Source: an uncultured Gemmatimonadaceae bacterium
GTDB lineage: Bacteria > Gemmatimonadota > Gemmatimonadetes > Gemmatimonadales > Gemmatimonadaceae
Direction of reading: 5' to 3'
Assembly (NCBI GenBank): GCA_963843845.1
Contig: CAWJMB010000002.1
Location: 2,880,001 to 2,944,000 of the forward strand
Length of the DNA: 64,000 nucleotides
Below, one piece after another: positions 9,739 through 22,718 of the stretch; position 1 is the stretch's first letter; the number at the start of each line of letters is the position of its first letter. The notes beneath the pieces were generated by a model. It was not told the DNA's origin, made no database searches, and saw only the letters and a program-made list of their open reading frames with translations. Position numbers and translations under genes: made by a program.

Positions 9739-10713
9739 CTAGCGCGCCGGCGTGCGTTTCGGCCACGCGCTCACGATCGCGCGACCGAGTTCGGCGAGCG
9801 TCGTGTTCCCCTCGCTGTCGACCGCGTAGCTGCGGTCGACGTTCTCCTTCGTGAGGCCGCAGGCGACGACGCGCGACTGCAAGTAGAACAGGGCGCACTC
9901 GGTCCGCGCCTGGTCGACGTCGCCGGTCTTGTGCGGAGCGCGGACGCCGTCGGCCCACCGTTGGAGCTTCGATCCGTCCTCGTTGTGCACGAGGAAGTCG
10001 AGCATCGCGGAGTCCGCGGCCGCGCTCACGGCGCGGCCGTCGGCGAGGAGCGCGAACAGCGTCGCCATCTCGTTCGGCGTCGTGACGCCGAGTCCGTACT
10101 TCACGGAGCTGTCCATCGCGACGCTCGACGCCCGGATGAACGACTTCGAGTGCACCTTCGTGTGGGCGAGGCCTAACGCTTCCATCTTGTCCCACACGCG
10201 GCGGATGACGATGCGGTCGAGCAGCAGGTTCGTCGCGGTGTTGTCGCTGATCGTCGTCATCAGCCACGACGCGTCGCGCACCGTGATCGCGATGCCGGGG
10301 TGCATGAACTGCAGCGACCCCGCCCCCGGCACCTGGTCGATCTTGAGCACGGTGAGCGGATCGTCGAGCGAGAGCATCCCCTTCTCGACGAGGTCGAACA
10401 CGGTGACGAGAACCGGGACCTTGATGAGGCTCGCCGTCGGGAACGTCTCGTCGCCGCGCCGCGCGAGACGCTCGCCGGTGTCGAGGTTCCAGACCGTGTA
10501 GCCGACAACGCCGCGGTGGCGGTCGGCGATCGAATCGAGGGTGCGCCGGAGTCTCGCGCTGTCGGCGCGAGCGAAGCTGCCGGGGACCGGGGATCGGGGA
10601 TCGGGGATGGGTCGCTGGGCGTGGGCGCAACCCGCAGCGAGGAACGCGACCGCGAACAGCGCGTGGCGGAGCGGCGTCCCGACCCCCGACCCCCGACTCC
10701 CGGTCCCCGGCAT
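9739..10713 (-). CDS. Class A beta-lactamase-like serine hydrolase
   Basis: SxxK (ASLIK), SDN and KTG motifs; signal peptide. Confidence 0.9.
   Translation of the reverse strand: MPGTGSRGSGVGTPLRHALFAVAFLAAGCAHAQRPIPDPRSPVPGSFARADSARLRRTLDSIADRHRGVVGYTVWNLDTGERLARRGDETFPTASLIKVPVLVTVFDLVEKGMLSLDDPLTVLKIDQVPGAGSLQFMHPGIAITVRDASWLMTTISDNTATNLLLDRIVIRRVWDKMEALGLAHTKVHSKSFIRASSVAMDSSVKYGLGVTTPNEMATLFALLADGRAVSAAADSAMLDFLVHNEDGSKLQRWADGVRAPHKTGDVDQARTECALFYLQSRVVACGLTKENVDRSYAVDSEGNTTLAELGRAIVSAWPKRTPAR
10579..10711. repeat. Two oppositely oriented heptamer tandem arrays (GGGGATC/GGGGGTC type) forming an inverted repeat
   Basis: GCCGGGGACCGGGGATCGGGGATCGGGGATGGG at 10579-10611 and CCCGACCCCCGACCCCCGACTCCCGGTCCCCGGC at 10678-10711. 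Confidence 0.8.
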
Positions 10714-10941
10714 TCAGTCCGTCACGTCCTCGAAGTCGTCCGACTTCCGCGCCTCGATCAGCTCGCGGTCGTGCGACGTCGGGTCGTACATGGCGAGCAG
10801 CTTGATCGTCTCGCTCGGGTAGGCGTCGAACTCCTTGCCCGTGCCCTTGTACACCTTGATCTCGTGCCCGTCCTCGAAGCGCATGATGACGAGCGGGTAA
10901 TCGTGGTTCGCGTACTGCTTGCGGATGCGCTTGGGAGCCAT
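10714..10941 (-). CDS. Small hypothetical protein (75 aa)
   Basis: Lys/Glu/Tyr-rich, with strong GC3 codon bias unlike shadow ORFs; abuts the next gene. Confidence 0.85.
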   Translation of the reverse strand: MAPKRIRKQYANHDYPLVIMRFEDGHEIKVYKGTGKEFDAYPSETIKLLAMYDPTSHDRELIEARKSDDFEDVTD

Positions 10942-10959
10942 GAGTCGGATTGCGTCGCG

Positions 10960-12160
10960 TTAGGTCACCACCCGCCGCTCGCCGGCGTAGCGTTGCCACG
11001 CCCCGGTGGCGAGGATCTCGTCGATCGCCGCGACCGCGGCGTCGAGCTCGTCGTCCGATGTGTAGAAATGCGGTGCGACGCGGATCCCCGCTCCGGGGCG
11101 GAAGTCGATCACAATGTCGCGCGCCAACAACGCCTGCGCCACCTCGGCGCCGTGCGGGACGTCGAACGCGACCGTCCCCCCGCGGCGCGCCGAGTCGCGC
11201 GGGGCGACGCAGCGGATATCCGCGCGCGTCGGCGAGCGCGATGAGCCGCTCGGTCTGCCGCACGCTCTTCGCGCGGATCGCGTCGATGCCGGCGGCGCGC
11301 AGCGTCCGCGGCCCTTCGATCGCCGCGTAGAGCGACGGAATCGACGGTGTCCCGCCGAGCCAGCGCCAGGCGCCGGCCGCGGGATCCATCGCCGGCTCGA
11401 ACGCGAACGGGCGGGCGTGCGCCTGCCACCCGGCCGTCGCCGGCACGACGTCGCCGACCCGGTCGCGCAGCGTCGGCGACGTCCAGAGAAAGCTGCCGCC
11501 CGGTCCGCCGCACAGCCACTTGAGCACCCCACCGGCGAGGAAATCGATGCCCAGCGCGTGCACGTCGACGGGGAGGACGCCGACCGAGTGGTAGGCGTCG
11601 AGCGCGACGAGCGCGCCGACCTCGCGCGCCCGGCGGACGATCGGTGCGACGTCCATCACGTACGCCGAGCGGAAGAGCACGTGCGAGATCGCGACGAGCC
11701 GCGTCCGCTCGTCGATGGCCGCGACGACCCGCTCGGCGTCGATCGTCACGCCGTCGTCGCTCGGCACGACGACGACGCGGGCGCCCATCCGGGCGGCGAG
11801 CGCGTCGACGACGTAGCGTACCGACGGAAAGTCGAGCGCCGTCATGACGATCGTGTCGCGCGGCGCGGCGTAGTCGAGCGCCGTGACGATCGACGCGTGC
11901 GCGGCCGTGACGTTCGCGACCATCGCGACCTCGCCCGGCGCGGCTCCGAGCAGCGGCGCCACCTCGTCGCCGACCGAGACCGGCAGCTCCCACCACCCCG
12001 CGGCCCACGCCTTCACGCCCAGCGACTCCCAGGCGTCGGCGTACGCGTGCAGCCGGTCGCGCGTGGCGCGCGGCATGGCGCCTAACGAATTCGACACGAG
12101 GTACGTCGAGCGCGCGAGGATCGGGAACTCGGCGCGGAAGCGAAGCAGGTCGTCGGTCAT
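10960..12160 (-). CDS. Kynureninase-like aminotransferase class V PLP enzyme (one frameshift near 11210)
   Basis: SNSLG, FPS, DAYHSVG and LKWLCGGPG in the first frame; RRGGTV...IDFRPGAGIRVAPHFYT in the second frame. Confidence 0.85.
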
Positions 12161-12184
12161 CGGGCACTCACGCGACGGGGGAGA

Positions 12185-13483
12185 TCATGCTCTGCCTCGT
12201 CTCGCGAGGCCGTAGACCGCGGTCGCGACGACGAGCGCGCCGGCGACGACGAGCCACTCGCCGCGCGTCACGCTCGTGAGCAGCGCGGCGATGACGAGGA
12301 TCGCGAGCGCCGGAACGACGCCGGCGAGGGGCACGCGGAACGGAACGCCGCCCGCGCGCACGTCCGCGCGGCGAAGCTGCCACGCGGCTCCGCAGCACGC
12401 GGCATACAGCACGAGCGTCGACACGTTCGCGAGCAGCGCGAGGCGCTCGAACTGGCCGCTCGCGGCGAGCACCCAGCACACGAGGGCCTGCACGACGATC
12501 GCGACGTACGGCGTGCGATGCGCCGCGTGCACCGTCGCGAGCGCGCGCGGCAGCAGACCGTCGCGCGCGAACGCGTACAGCGCGCGCGGCACCGCCAGCG
12601 TCATCCCGCCGACGTAGCCGAGCATCGAGATCGCGGCGCCGACGAGCAGCAGCGTGCGCCCCCACGGCCCGAGCACCGCGCCGGCCACGTCGGCGAGCGG
12701 CGTCGTCGACGTCGCGAGCGCCGGTCCGAGCACGCCCTGCGCGACGAGCTGCAGCGCCAGGTACAACGCGGTGACGCCGACCATCGCGAGCGCGATCGCG
12801 CGCGGCACCGTGCGCGCCGGCTCGCGCACCTCGCCGCTCGGCACGAGGGCGCTCTCGACGCCGGCGAACGCGAAGATGAGCACGATCGCCGTGCGCGACA
12901 CGTCGCCGGCCGCGGGGAGCGTGCCGATCGCGAGATGCTCGGCGCGCACGGCGAACGCGCCGACGACCGCGACGAGCAGCAGCGGCAGGAGCTTCGCGAT
13001 CGTCATCACGAGGTTCAGCCGCGCGCCCTGCCGCACGCCGAGCACGTTGACCCAGGCGAGCGCGACGAACGCGACGGCCATCGTGCCGCCGCGCGCGAGC
13101 GGGCTGGCGAGCGCCGGGACGAGCCCGCCGACCGCGTCGGCGAGCAGCGTCGCGACGGCGGCGAGCGCGAACGTCCCGACGAGCCAGAGCAGCACGCCGG
13201 CGAGGAAGCCGACGAACGGTCCGAACGCGACCTCCACGTACGCGTAAGGTCCGCCGGTCATCGCGACACGGCTCCCGGCCTCGGCGAAGCAGAGCACGAT
13301 GAGCCCCATCGCCACGGCACAGACGACGTAGGCGAGCGGGGCGGCGGGGCCTAACGACGCGGCGACGGCGGCGGGGAGGCGGAAGATGCCGCCGCCGACG
13401 GTGATGTTGACGATCCCCGCGGCGAGCGTGAGCGGGCCGACGGCGCGAACGAGGGCGCGCTCCGAGGGAATGGGATCAGCCAT
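12185..13483 (-). CDS. APC family amino acid permease
   Basis: Start MADPIP; VGGGIF, AEAGSR..GGPY, FAFAGVE and GEVREPARTVPRA motifs; about 12 TM segments. Confidence 0.92.
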   Translation of the reverse strand: MADPIPSERALVRAVGPLTLAAGIVNITVGGGIFRLPAAVAASLGPAAPLAYVVCAVAMGLIVLCFAEAGSRVAMTGGPYAYVEVAFGPFVGFLAGVLLWLVGTFALAAVATLLADAVGGLVPALASPLARGGTMAVAFVALAWVNVLGVRQGARLNLVMTIAKLLPLLLVAVVGAFAVRAEHLAIGTLPAAGDVSRTAIVLIFAFAGVESALVPSGEVREPARTVPRAIALAMVGVTALYLALQLVAQGVLGPALATSTTPLADVAGAVLGPWGRTLLLVGAAISMLGYVGGMTLAVPRALYAFARDGLLPRALATVHAAHRTPYVAIVVQALVCWVLAASGQFERLALLANVSTLVLYAACCGAAWQLRRADVRAGGVPFRVPLAGVVPALAILVIAALLTSVTRGEWLVVAGALVVATAVYGLARRGRA

Positions 13484-13573
13484 GGCGGCGGAATGTAGCC
13501 GCCGGCACACACGGCGGCCGTCGTGGCGCGGAACTTTCCACGGGCTCGGGAGAACGCCAACCGGAGATCGATC

Positions 13574-13954
13574 ATGCGCCTCTCGCCACGTCACCTCGTG
13601 ACGCCCGCCGTTCTGCTGCTCACCCTCGCCGGCCGCCCGCTCCTCGCCCTCGGCGACAGTACGCGCGTCGCGCTGTCGACCGATTCGATCGCGACGACCG
13701 CCGCCGGCCCCCGCGCCGAGCGCGCCACGGTCGGCGTCCGTGTTCCGCGCGCCGAGCGTGCGACGGCGGACGCGGCGGACGCGGCGGACGCACTGATGCA
13801 GCAGCGGAAGCACCACGGCACGTCGGTCGCGCTGATGGTCGTCGGCGCGTCGGCGGTCGTGCTCGGGTTGCTCGTCGGCGACGACGCGGGGTCGGCGCTC
13901 ATCGTCGGCGGCGCGATTGCCGGATTCATCGGACTGTTCCAGTATCTGCGGTGA
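13574..13954 (+). CDS. Hypothetical exported/membrane protein
   Basis: Signal peptide plus C-terminal Gly-rich hydrophobic hairpin; GGAG SD. Confidence 0.7.
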   Translation: MRLSPRHLVTPAVLLLTLAGRPLLALGDSTRVALSTDSIATTAAGPRAERATVGVRVPRAERATADAADAADALMQQRKHHGTSVALMVVGASAVVLGLLVGDDAGSALIVGGAIAGFIGLFQYLR

Positions 13955-14027
13955 CGACGGGCGGGGGGCGGCGGTCCTTCCCGCGAATGGCCGTCGCCCG
14001 CCCACCCGCGCTCGCCGTGCTCGCTGC

Positions 14028-15197
14028 ATGACCACGACCGACCCCGACCGCCGAACCGCCCCACGCATCGTTCCGCGCACCGGCGTGCGCGTCGGACCGC
14101 GCATCGCCCTCGTCCTCGGCGGGGGCGGACTGAAGGGATTCGCACACATCGGCGTGCTGCGCGCGCTGCGTGAGCGGGGCATCCGGCCCGCGCTCTACGC
14201 TGGCGCGAGCATCGGCGCGCTGATCGCGAGCGCGACGGCGTGCGGCATCGGCGTCGACGAGCTGGCGTGGCGCGCGGAGCACCTCGAGCGGCGGCAGCTC
14301 TTCCGGCTGAACCACTACCAGATGCTCGTCGACCGCTGGCGCGTCGCGTCGCTCTACGCCGCGGAGCCGCTGCGCGCGCTCATCGACGAAGTGGTGCCCG
14401 AGGGCACCTTCGACGCGCTCGCGACGCCGACGCTCGTGAACACGGTCGACCTCGTGCGCGGCACGCAGGTCGTGTGGGGGCTGCCCGGGCTCCGCGACGT
14501 GAGCGTTCGCGACGCGGTCTACGCGTCGTGCGCGCTGCCCGGCTTCTTTCCCCCCGGAGCGGTCGGCGGCCGCCTCTGCGTCGACGGCGGCACGACCGAC
14601 AACCTGCCGGCGTCGATCGCGGTGCGCGCGGGCGGCGTGCCTCCGGTCGACGCCGTGATCGCGATCGACGTCGGCAATGCCGAACTGGGGCGCAACGACG
14701 CCGTGGGCGGCAACGGGTTCGCGTCGATCTTCATGCGCGCGGCGAGCACGATGATGCACGCCCTGCAGGAGGCGCCGCTCCGCCACTGGGACGGTCCGCC
14801 GATGCTGCTCGTGCGTCCGCGCGTCAACCACATCGGCTGGTTCGCGTTCGGTCGCACGCACGAGCTGATCGACGCCGGCTACACGGCGACCGTCGACGCG
14901 CTGCGCGAGCTGGACGAGCTCCTCGTCGCGCCGGGCGGGATCTACCCGCGCCGGCTCGTGCGGCTCCACGTCGACCGCGAGAAGTGCACCGGCTGCGGGC
15001 TCTGCGTCGCGATGGCGCCGCGCACGATGGCGTTCGACGCGACGGGGACGGCGTTCGCGATGACGCACGAGCTGTCGTGGTCCCCCGCCGACGGCGACTT
15101 CGTGAAGCAGTGCCCGACGCTCGCGATCTCGGTCGAAGATCTGTCGGCGCGCGCGCTCCCGATCGTCGGCGACGCCAGCGTCCCCGTTCCGGCCTAG
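14028..15197 (+). CDS. Patatin-like phospholipase fused to C-terminal ferredoxin-like Fe-S domain
   Basis: GGGGLKG, GASIG and DGG patatin motifs; C-terminal CTGCGLC...QCP. Confidence 0.88.
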   Translation: MTTTDPDRRTAPRIVPRTGVRVGPRIALVLGGGGLKGFAHIGVLRALRERGIRPALYAGASIGALIASATACGIGVDELAWRAEHLERRQLFRLNHYQMLVDRWRVASLYAAEPLRALIDEVVPEGTFDALATPTLVNTVDLVRGTQVVWGLPGLRDVSVRDAVYASCALPGFFPPGAVGGRLCVDGGTTDNLPASIAVRAGGVPPVDAVIAIDVGNAELGRNDAVGGNGFASIFMRAASTMMHALQEAPLRHWDGPPMLLVRPRVNHIGWFAFGRTHELIDAGYTATVDALRELDELLVAPGGIYPRRLVRLHVDREKCTGCGLCVAMAPRTMAFDATGTAFAMTHELSWSPADGDFVKQCPTLAISVEDLSARALPIVGDASVPVPA

Positions 15198-16261
15198 CCT
15201 CGCGCGTCGGGCGCGGCGAGCGCGGCGAGCACGAGCCGCTCGTACGCGTCGACCGCCGCGTGCAGTTCGGCGATCTCGATGCACTCGTCGTCGGTGTGCG
15301 CGACGTGGATGGAGCCGGGGCCGAACAGATACGGGGTTCCCCACGCGCCGAGTGCGGGCACGTCGGTCGCGAACGCCACGATGTCCGTGTCGAATCCGGG
15401 GACCGTGCCGAGGTGCATCGGCGGGACGAGCGAGCCCCACGTCAGCGTCGCCCGGCCGTCAGCCCAGCGCGCGAGGATCGGCTTCAGCTCGTCGGCCGGC
15501 GTGACGAGGCGCGCCATGCAGCGGGCCTCGGCCCACGGCGCCGTGACGTTGTCGGCGACGCCGCCGGCGAGATGGCCGACGTTGATCGTCGTCGCCCCCA
15601 GCCGGTCGTCGTGCGGCAGGTCGAGCGCGAGCATGTCGTGCAGCAGCGCGACGAGCTTGCGCGTCGCCGAGTCGCCGAGGTGGGGATAGGCGGAGTGCGC
15701 GGCGCGGCCGGCCGTGTGGGCGACGAAGCGGAGCGCGCCTTTCGTGCCCGTCGCGAGCTTGCTCTCGGTCGGCTCGCCGTTGATCAGCACGCGGTTGTGC
15801 GGCGCGAGGCGTGGCTGTGCATCGTTCGCGGCGTGCGCGCCGTCGTGCGCCGTCTCCTCGCCGACCACGAACAGGAGCGCGATCGGCACGTGCTGCGCGC
15901 GCAGCCGCTCGGCGGCGACGATCATCGCGGCCGCGATCCCTTTCGCGTCGCAGGCGCCCCGGCCCAGCAGTCGCGGACCGTCGACGCGCGGCGCGATGTA
16001 GGGCGGGACCGTGTCGAGGTGGGTCGTCAGCGTCGCGATCGGTGAGGCGCCCGGAGCGGTCGCGAACAGATCGTCGCGGCCATCGCTGACCGGAATGCGC
16101 GTCGTCTGCCAGCCGCGGGCGGCGAGGATCTGCTCGGCGACGTCGATCGCCGGTCCCTCGGCGCCGCTCGTCGACTCGGCGGCCATGAGCGCGACGGCGA
16201 CGTCGAGCGGATCGAGGATGTTCGCCGTACGGAGCGCGTGGGAGCGGGCGGCAGTCGTCAT
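15194..16261 (-). CDS. M20 family metallo-hydrolase (ArgE/DapE-like)
   Basis: [22 protein letters not shown] and FGPG..AH motifs. Confidence 0.92.
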   Translation of the reverse strand: MTTAARSHALRTANILDPLDVAVALMAAESTSGAEGPAIDVAEQILAARGWQTTRIPVSDGRDDLFATAPGASPIATLTTHLDTVPPYIAPRVDGPRLLGRGACDAKGIAAAMIVAAERLRAQHVPIALLFVVGEETAHDGAHAANDAQPRLAPHNRVLINGEPTESKLATGTKGALRFVAHTAGRAAHSAYPHLGDSATRKLVALLHDMLALDLPHDDRLGATTINVGHLAGGVADNVTAPWAEARCMARLVTPADELKPILARWADGRATLTWGSLVPPMHLGTVPGFDTDIVAFATDVPALGAWGTPYLFGPGSIHVAHTDDECIEIAELHAAVDAYERLVLAALAAPDARG

Positions 16262-16435
16262 GCGCCCAAGCTAGCGCCGGCGGCGAACTTCGGGCGGGCA
16301 GGCGGCGCGTTACATTGCGCACAGCCTGCGCGGGCCCTCTCAGGAGTCCTCCCCCTCGCGCAGCGGCTCTGCTCTCACCGCCGCGCCACGCCTCTCGGGT
16401 CGAGGAACCCGCTGGCGCGATCACCGAGCACTCGC

Positions 16436-19221
<2,786 letters not shown>

Positions 19222-19259
19222 CGCGTATCGCGGGGAGCATTCCGATCATGGAGTGACGA

Positions 19260-20357
19260 TCACCCCGGGCGATCGTTCGGCCCGTCTCGAGCGCGAGGCG
19301 GCGATCGATCGACGGGTCGGATGGTCAGTTCGTGATCGGGGTGGTCCCGGCGCTCACCGCCGCCCGACGCCCGCCGATCGGCGCGCCGCAGTCGCACCTC
19401 CTCGACCGCGTGCTCCGCTCCCTTCCGCAGAATGACCGTCGCCCGCTCGCGCGTGCCGACGATGTTCTCGTGCAGATTCACGAGATTGATCTCGCGCCAG
19501 ATCCGGCGCGCCGTCTCGATCGCCTCCTCCTCGGTGAGGAGCGAGAAGCGGTGAAAGAACGACTCGGGCTGTCGGAACGCCGTGTCGCGCAGGGTGAGGA
19601 AGCGCCGCACGTACCACCGCTCGAGACTCGCCTCGTCCGCATCGACGTAGATCGAGAAGTCGAAGAAGTCCGACACGAACACGCGTGACCCGCTCGCCGA
19701 CTCGCGCCGTCCGACCGGCCCCTGCAGCACGTTGATCCCTTCGACGATGAGGACGTCCGGACGCGCGATCGGCATCGACTCGTCGGCGACGAGGTCGTAC
19801 GTGAGGTGGGAGTACACAGGCGCGTGCGCCTCCGGAACGCCCGCCTTCACGTCGGCGAGAAAGCGCAGCAGCCGGGCGACGTCGTAGCTCTCGGGAAATC
19901 CTTTGCGCGACATGAGGCCGCGCGCCTCGAGCTCGGCGTTCGGCAGCAGAAAGCCGTCGGTCGTCACGAGCGCGACGGTCGGATGCGCCGGCCACCGCGC
20001 GAGCAGCGCCCGCAGCACGCGCGCGATCGTGCTCTTCCCGACCGCCACGCTCCCCGCCACGCCGATGATGAACGGCGGCGAGATCGAGGGCCGGCCGAGG
20101 AACGTGTCCGTGACCTGGCGCAGACGACGCGCCGCGCCGACGTGCAGGTTGATGAGGCGCGACAGCGGCAGGAAGATCTCCGCGACCTCGTCCACGGGCA
20201 TCGGCTCGTTCACCCCGCGCAGCGATTCCAGCTCGTCCTCGCGCAACAACAGCGGCGTGTTCGCGCGCAGCGGCGCCCACTCGGCGCGCGTGAACGACAT
20301 GAACGGCGGCGCGCTCGGCGCGCCGTCGGGCGCGAGAGGGGTGATCGCGGAGGACAT
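19260..20357 (-). CDS. coaA: Type I pantothenate kinase (3' end possibly extended by an indel)
   Basis: [39 protein letters not shown] and [12 protein letters not shown]. Confidence 0.95.
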   Translation of the reverse strand: MSSAITPLAPDGAPSAPPFMSFTRAEWAPLRANTPLLLREDELESLRGVNEPMPVDEVAEIFLPLSRLINLHVGAARRLRQVTDTFLGRPSISPPFIIGVAGSVAVGKSTIARVLRALLARWPAHPTVALVTTDGFLLPNAELEARGLMSRKGFPESYDVARLLRFLADVKAGVPEAHAPVYSHLTYDLVADESMPIARPDVLIVEGINVLQGPVGRRESASGSRVFVSDFFDFSIYVDADEASLERWYVRRFLTLRDTAFRQPESFFHRFSLLTEEEAIETARRIWREINLVNLHENIVGTRERATVILRKGAEHAVEEVRLRRADRRASGGGERRDHPDHELTIRPVDRSPPRARDGPNDRPG

Positions 20358-20388
20358 GCGCCGGGAATGATAGTGGCGCGCGCCGACG

Positions 20389-20985
20389 TCAGGGCGTGGG
20401 CGGGCGGTGTCGCTCTCCCTCCAGCGACTTCCGGATCTGCTCCGTCAGCTCCTGCTCGATCTTGTCGGCGTCGAGCGGTTGGAGCATCCGCGCCAGCTCC
20501 GGGTCGTCCGCGACGCGATGCCCGAGCCGGCCATACAGGCCGGCGACGAGCTGCAACACCTTCGTCACCTCTTCCTCGACGCGGAGGTTCACCGCGAGCG
20601 TGACCTCCTCGCGCAGCTCCGCGATGTGCGACTCGCGATTCTGAGACATCAGCACGAAGAGCGAGAGGAAGATCGCCTCGAGCGACACGATCATCGTCAG
20701 CAGCCCGAACGGAAACGGGTCGAACGCCCGACGCCCGGCACCGACGTTGAGAGTGATCCAGGTCGCGAACCACGCGGCGTGCACGACCAGGAACCACGTC
20801 GAGCCAGCGGCCTCGGTCAGACGGTTCGCGATCCGCTCGACCCACGTGCGCTCGGCGGCGTGCCGCGCCTTGATCGCGTTGACGGCGCGCGCGGTCCCTT
20901 CGCGCCGGTGACGGCGATTCCGCCCCGATGCCTCCCCGTACGACTCGGCGCTCGCGGGCGCGTTCCGCGCGTCGGGCTGGTTCAT
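20389..20985 (-). CDS. DUF1003 family membrane protein
   Basis: [30 protein letters not shown] signature. Confidence 0.88.
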   Translation of the reverse strand: MNQPDARNAPASAESYGEASGRNRRHRREGTARAVNAIKARHAAERTWVERIANRLTEAAGSTWFLVVHAAWFATWITLNVGAGRRAFDPFPFGLLTMIVSLEAIFLSLFVLMSQNRESHIAELREEVTLAVNLRVEEEVTKVLQLVAGLYGRLGHRVADDPELARMLQPLDADKIEQELTEQIRKSLEGERHRPPTP

Positions 20986-21055
20986 GCGCGACGGGCGCAT
21001 GCGAAAAGCACGCCCGACTTCGGGCGTGCTCGTTTCGCCGCCGCGGACACGTCGA

Positions 21056-21628
21056 TCAGAACGGCACGGGAACGCGGTGCTTGTCGACGTTGTTGCCGAC
21101 CACTGCCCCCGCCGCGGCGCCGACGACGGCACCGAGCAGCCCACCCTTCAGGCGGTCCTTCCGCGCGCTCGTCGCGACGCCGATCGCCGCGCCGGCCGCG
21201 GCTCCGATCGCCGCGTCACGCGCGCCGTGCTTCACGGTCGTCGTCTGCGGCTGCGGCGCGCGGTACACGCCACCGCCGCTCGACGAGCCGGTGCTGCGGC
21301 CGCCGCTCGACGCCGAACGGGTACGGTAGACCACGCGCTCGACCGCGCGCGGTGCGGGTGCCGGCGCCGTGTACGGCCCGGCGACGTAGCCGGCTTGCGT
21401 CGGCGCGGCGCCGTACGGGTAGGCCGCCGGCGGGCCATACGGATACCCCTGCGCCGCGAGCTCCTGCGGCGACACGAACTGCTGCGCACGGTACGCCTGC
21501 GCCTGTGACGCGAGCGAGAGGTCGCTCTGCAACGACGCGTCGGCCGCCGGGGCGTCCTTGCCGCCGCACGCCGTGGCGAGCACGAGGGCCGAACCGAGAG
21601 CGAGCTTCGCGAACGAGTGAGTCTGCAT
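21056..21628 (-). CDS. Lipoprotein with C-terminal glycine-zipper domain
   Basis: Lipobox-like ATAC; GAAAGAAIG...GAVVGAAAGAVVG; GGAGG SD. Confidence 0.85.
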   Translation of the reverse strand: MQTHSFAKLALGSALVLATACGGKDAPAADASLQSDLSLASQAQAYRAQQFVSPQELAAQGYPYGPPAAYPYGAAPTQAGYVAGPYTAPAPAPRAVERVVYRTRSASSGGRSTGSSSGGGVYRAPQPQTTTVKHGARDAAIGAAAGAAIGVATSARKDRLKGGLLGAVVGAAAGAVVGNNVDKHRVPVPF

Positions 21629-21786
21629 CTGAGCCTCCGAGTGGAATCCACCCCTCAGTTGGCACGATGGATACCAGGCGTTAGCGCCCCGACGGCGCGA
21701 TTAACTCTGCCGATCGTCCGCTCGGGAGACATCGCTGTTCTCTGGGGCGGACGCCGGGGCGGACGGTGCGCGTTTACATTTCGCGC

Positions 21787-22716
21787 ATGGCGACGACCCC
21801 GTTCACGATCGGCATCATCCAGGATCACGCGACGAGCGAGGCGGCGGAAAACGTCGACCGCGCGATCGCCCTCATTCGCCAGGCGGCAGAGCGCGGCGCG
21901 CAGATCGTCTGCCTGAAAGAGCTGTTCAACACGCCGTATTTCGCGAAGTCGACGAAGGTCGAGCACTTCGACCTCGCCGAGCCGGTGCCGGGGCCGATCA
22001 CGGATCGGATGCAGGCACTCGCGAAGGAGCTGGCCGTCGTCATCGTCGTCCCGATCTTCGTGCGCCGCGCGGCGGGGCTGTACATGAACTCCGCCGTGGT
22101 CATCGACGCCGACGGATCGCTGCTCGGCGTGTACGACAAGATGCACATCCCGCACGACCCGATGTTCGAGGAGAAGTACTACTTCACCCCGGGCGACGCG
22201 CACCTCGACTATCACGGCGAGCAGCCGGGGCAGGCGAACGGCTTCAAGGTCTGGAAGACGCGCTACGCGAACGTCGGCGTTCTCGTCTGCTGGGATCAGT
22301 GGTATCCAGAGGCGGCGCGCATCACCGCGCTGCTGGGCGCCGACGTGCTGTTCTATCCGACGGCGATCGGCTGGCACCCGGCGGAGAAGGACACGTGGGG
22401 CGAGGCGCAGGTGCAGGCGTGGCGCACCGCCCAGCGGGCGCACGCGATCGCCAACGGGGTGTGGGTCGCCAGCCCGAACCGCGTCGGCCACGAGGACGAG
22501 CCGGGCACGAACGGGCTCGAGTTCTTCGGCCACTCGTTCATCGCCGACCCGTTCGGCCGCGTCGTCGCCGAAGCCGGAACGGAGGAGGCGATCCTCGTGC
22601 ACACGTGCGACCCGCGGCTGCAGGAAGAGGTGCGCCGCAACTGGCCGTTCCTTCGCGATCGACGGGTCGACGCGTACCGGCCGATCCTGAATCGGTACCT
22701 CGGGACGGCGCGCTGA
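21787..22716 (+). CDS. aguB: N-carbamoylputrescine amidase (carbon-nitrogen hydrolase)
   Basis: Glu-Lys-Cys triad (ELF, KMHIP, CWDQW), YPTAIG, and adjacency to agmatine deiminase. Confidence 0.88.
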   Translation: MATTPFTIGIIQDHATSEAAENVDRAIALIRQAAERGAQIVCLKELFNTPYFAKSTKVEHFDLAEPVPGPITDRMQALAKELAVVIVVPIFVRRAAGLYMNSAVVIDADGSLLGVYDKMHIPHDPMFEEKYYFTPGDAHLDYHGEQPGQANGFKVWKTRYANVGVLVCWDQWYPEAARITALLGADVLFYPTAIGWHPAEKDTWGEAQVQAWRTAQRAHAIANGVWVASPNRVGHEDEPGTNGLEFFGHSFIADPFGRVVAEAGTEEAILVHTCDPRLQEEVRRNWPFLRDRRVDAYRPILNRYLGTAR

Positions 22717-22718
22717 CC

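Noticed and set aside
9739..10713. Bona fide antibiotic-resistance beta-lactamase
   Set aside because: No clear omega-loop ExxLN equivalent; only a family-level call is supported.
8123..12160. 1345-aa ORF apparently fusing a PLP enzyme to TPRs
   Set aside because: Artefact of a frameshift near 11210 plus a stop-free shadow frame; real genes occupy the middle in other frames.
19260..19380. Unusual C-terminal extension of CoaA
   Set aside because: Homology ends at EEVRLRR; the tail is low-complexity and probably read-through from an indel or a lost stop.
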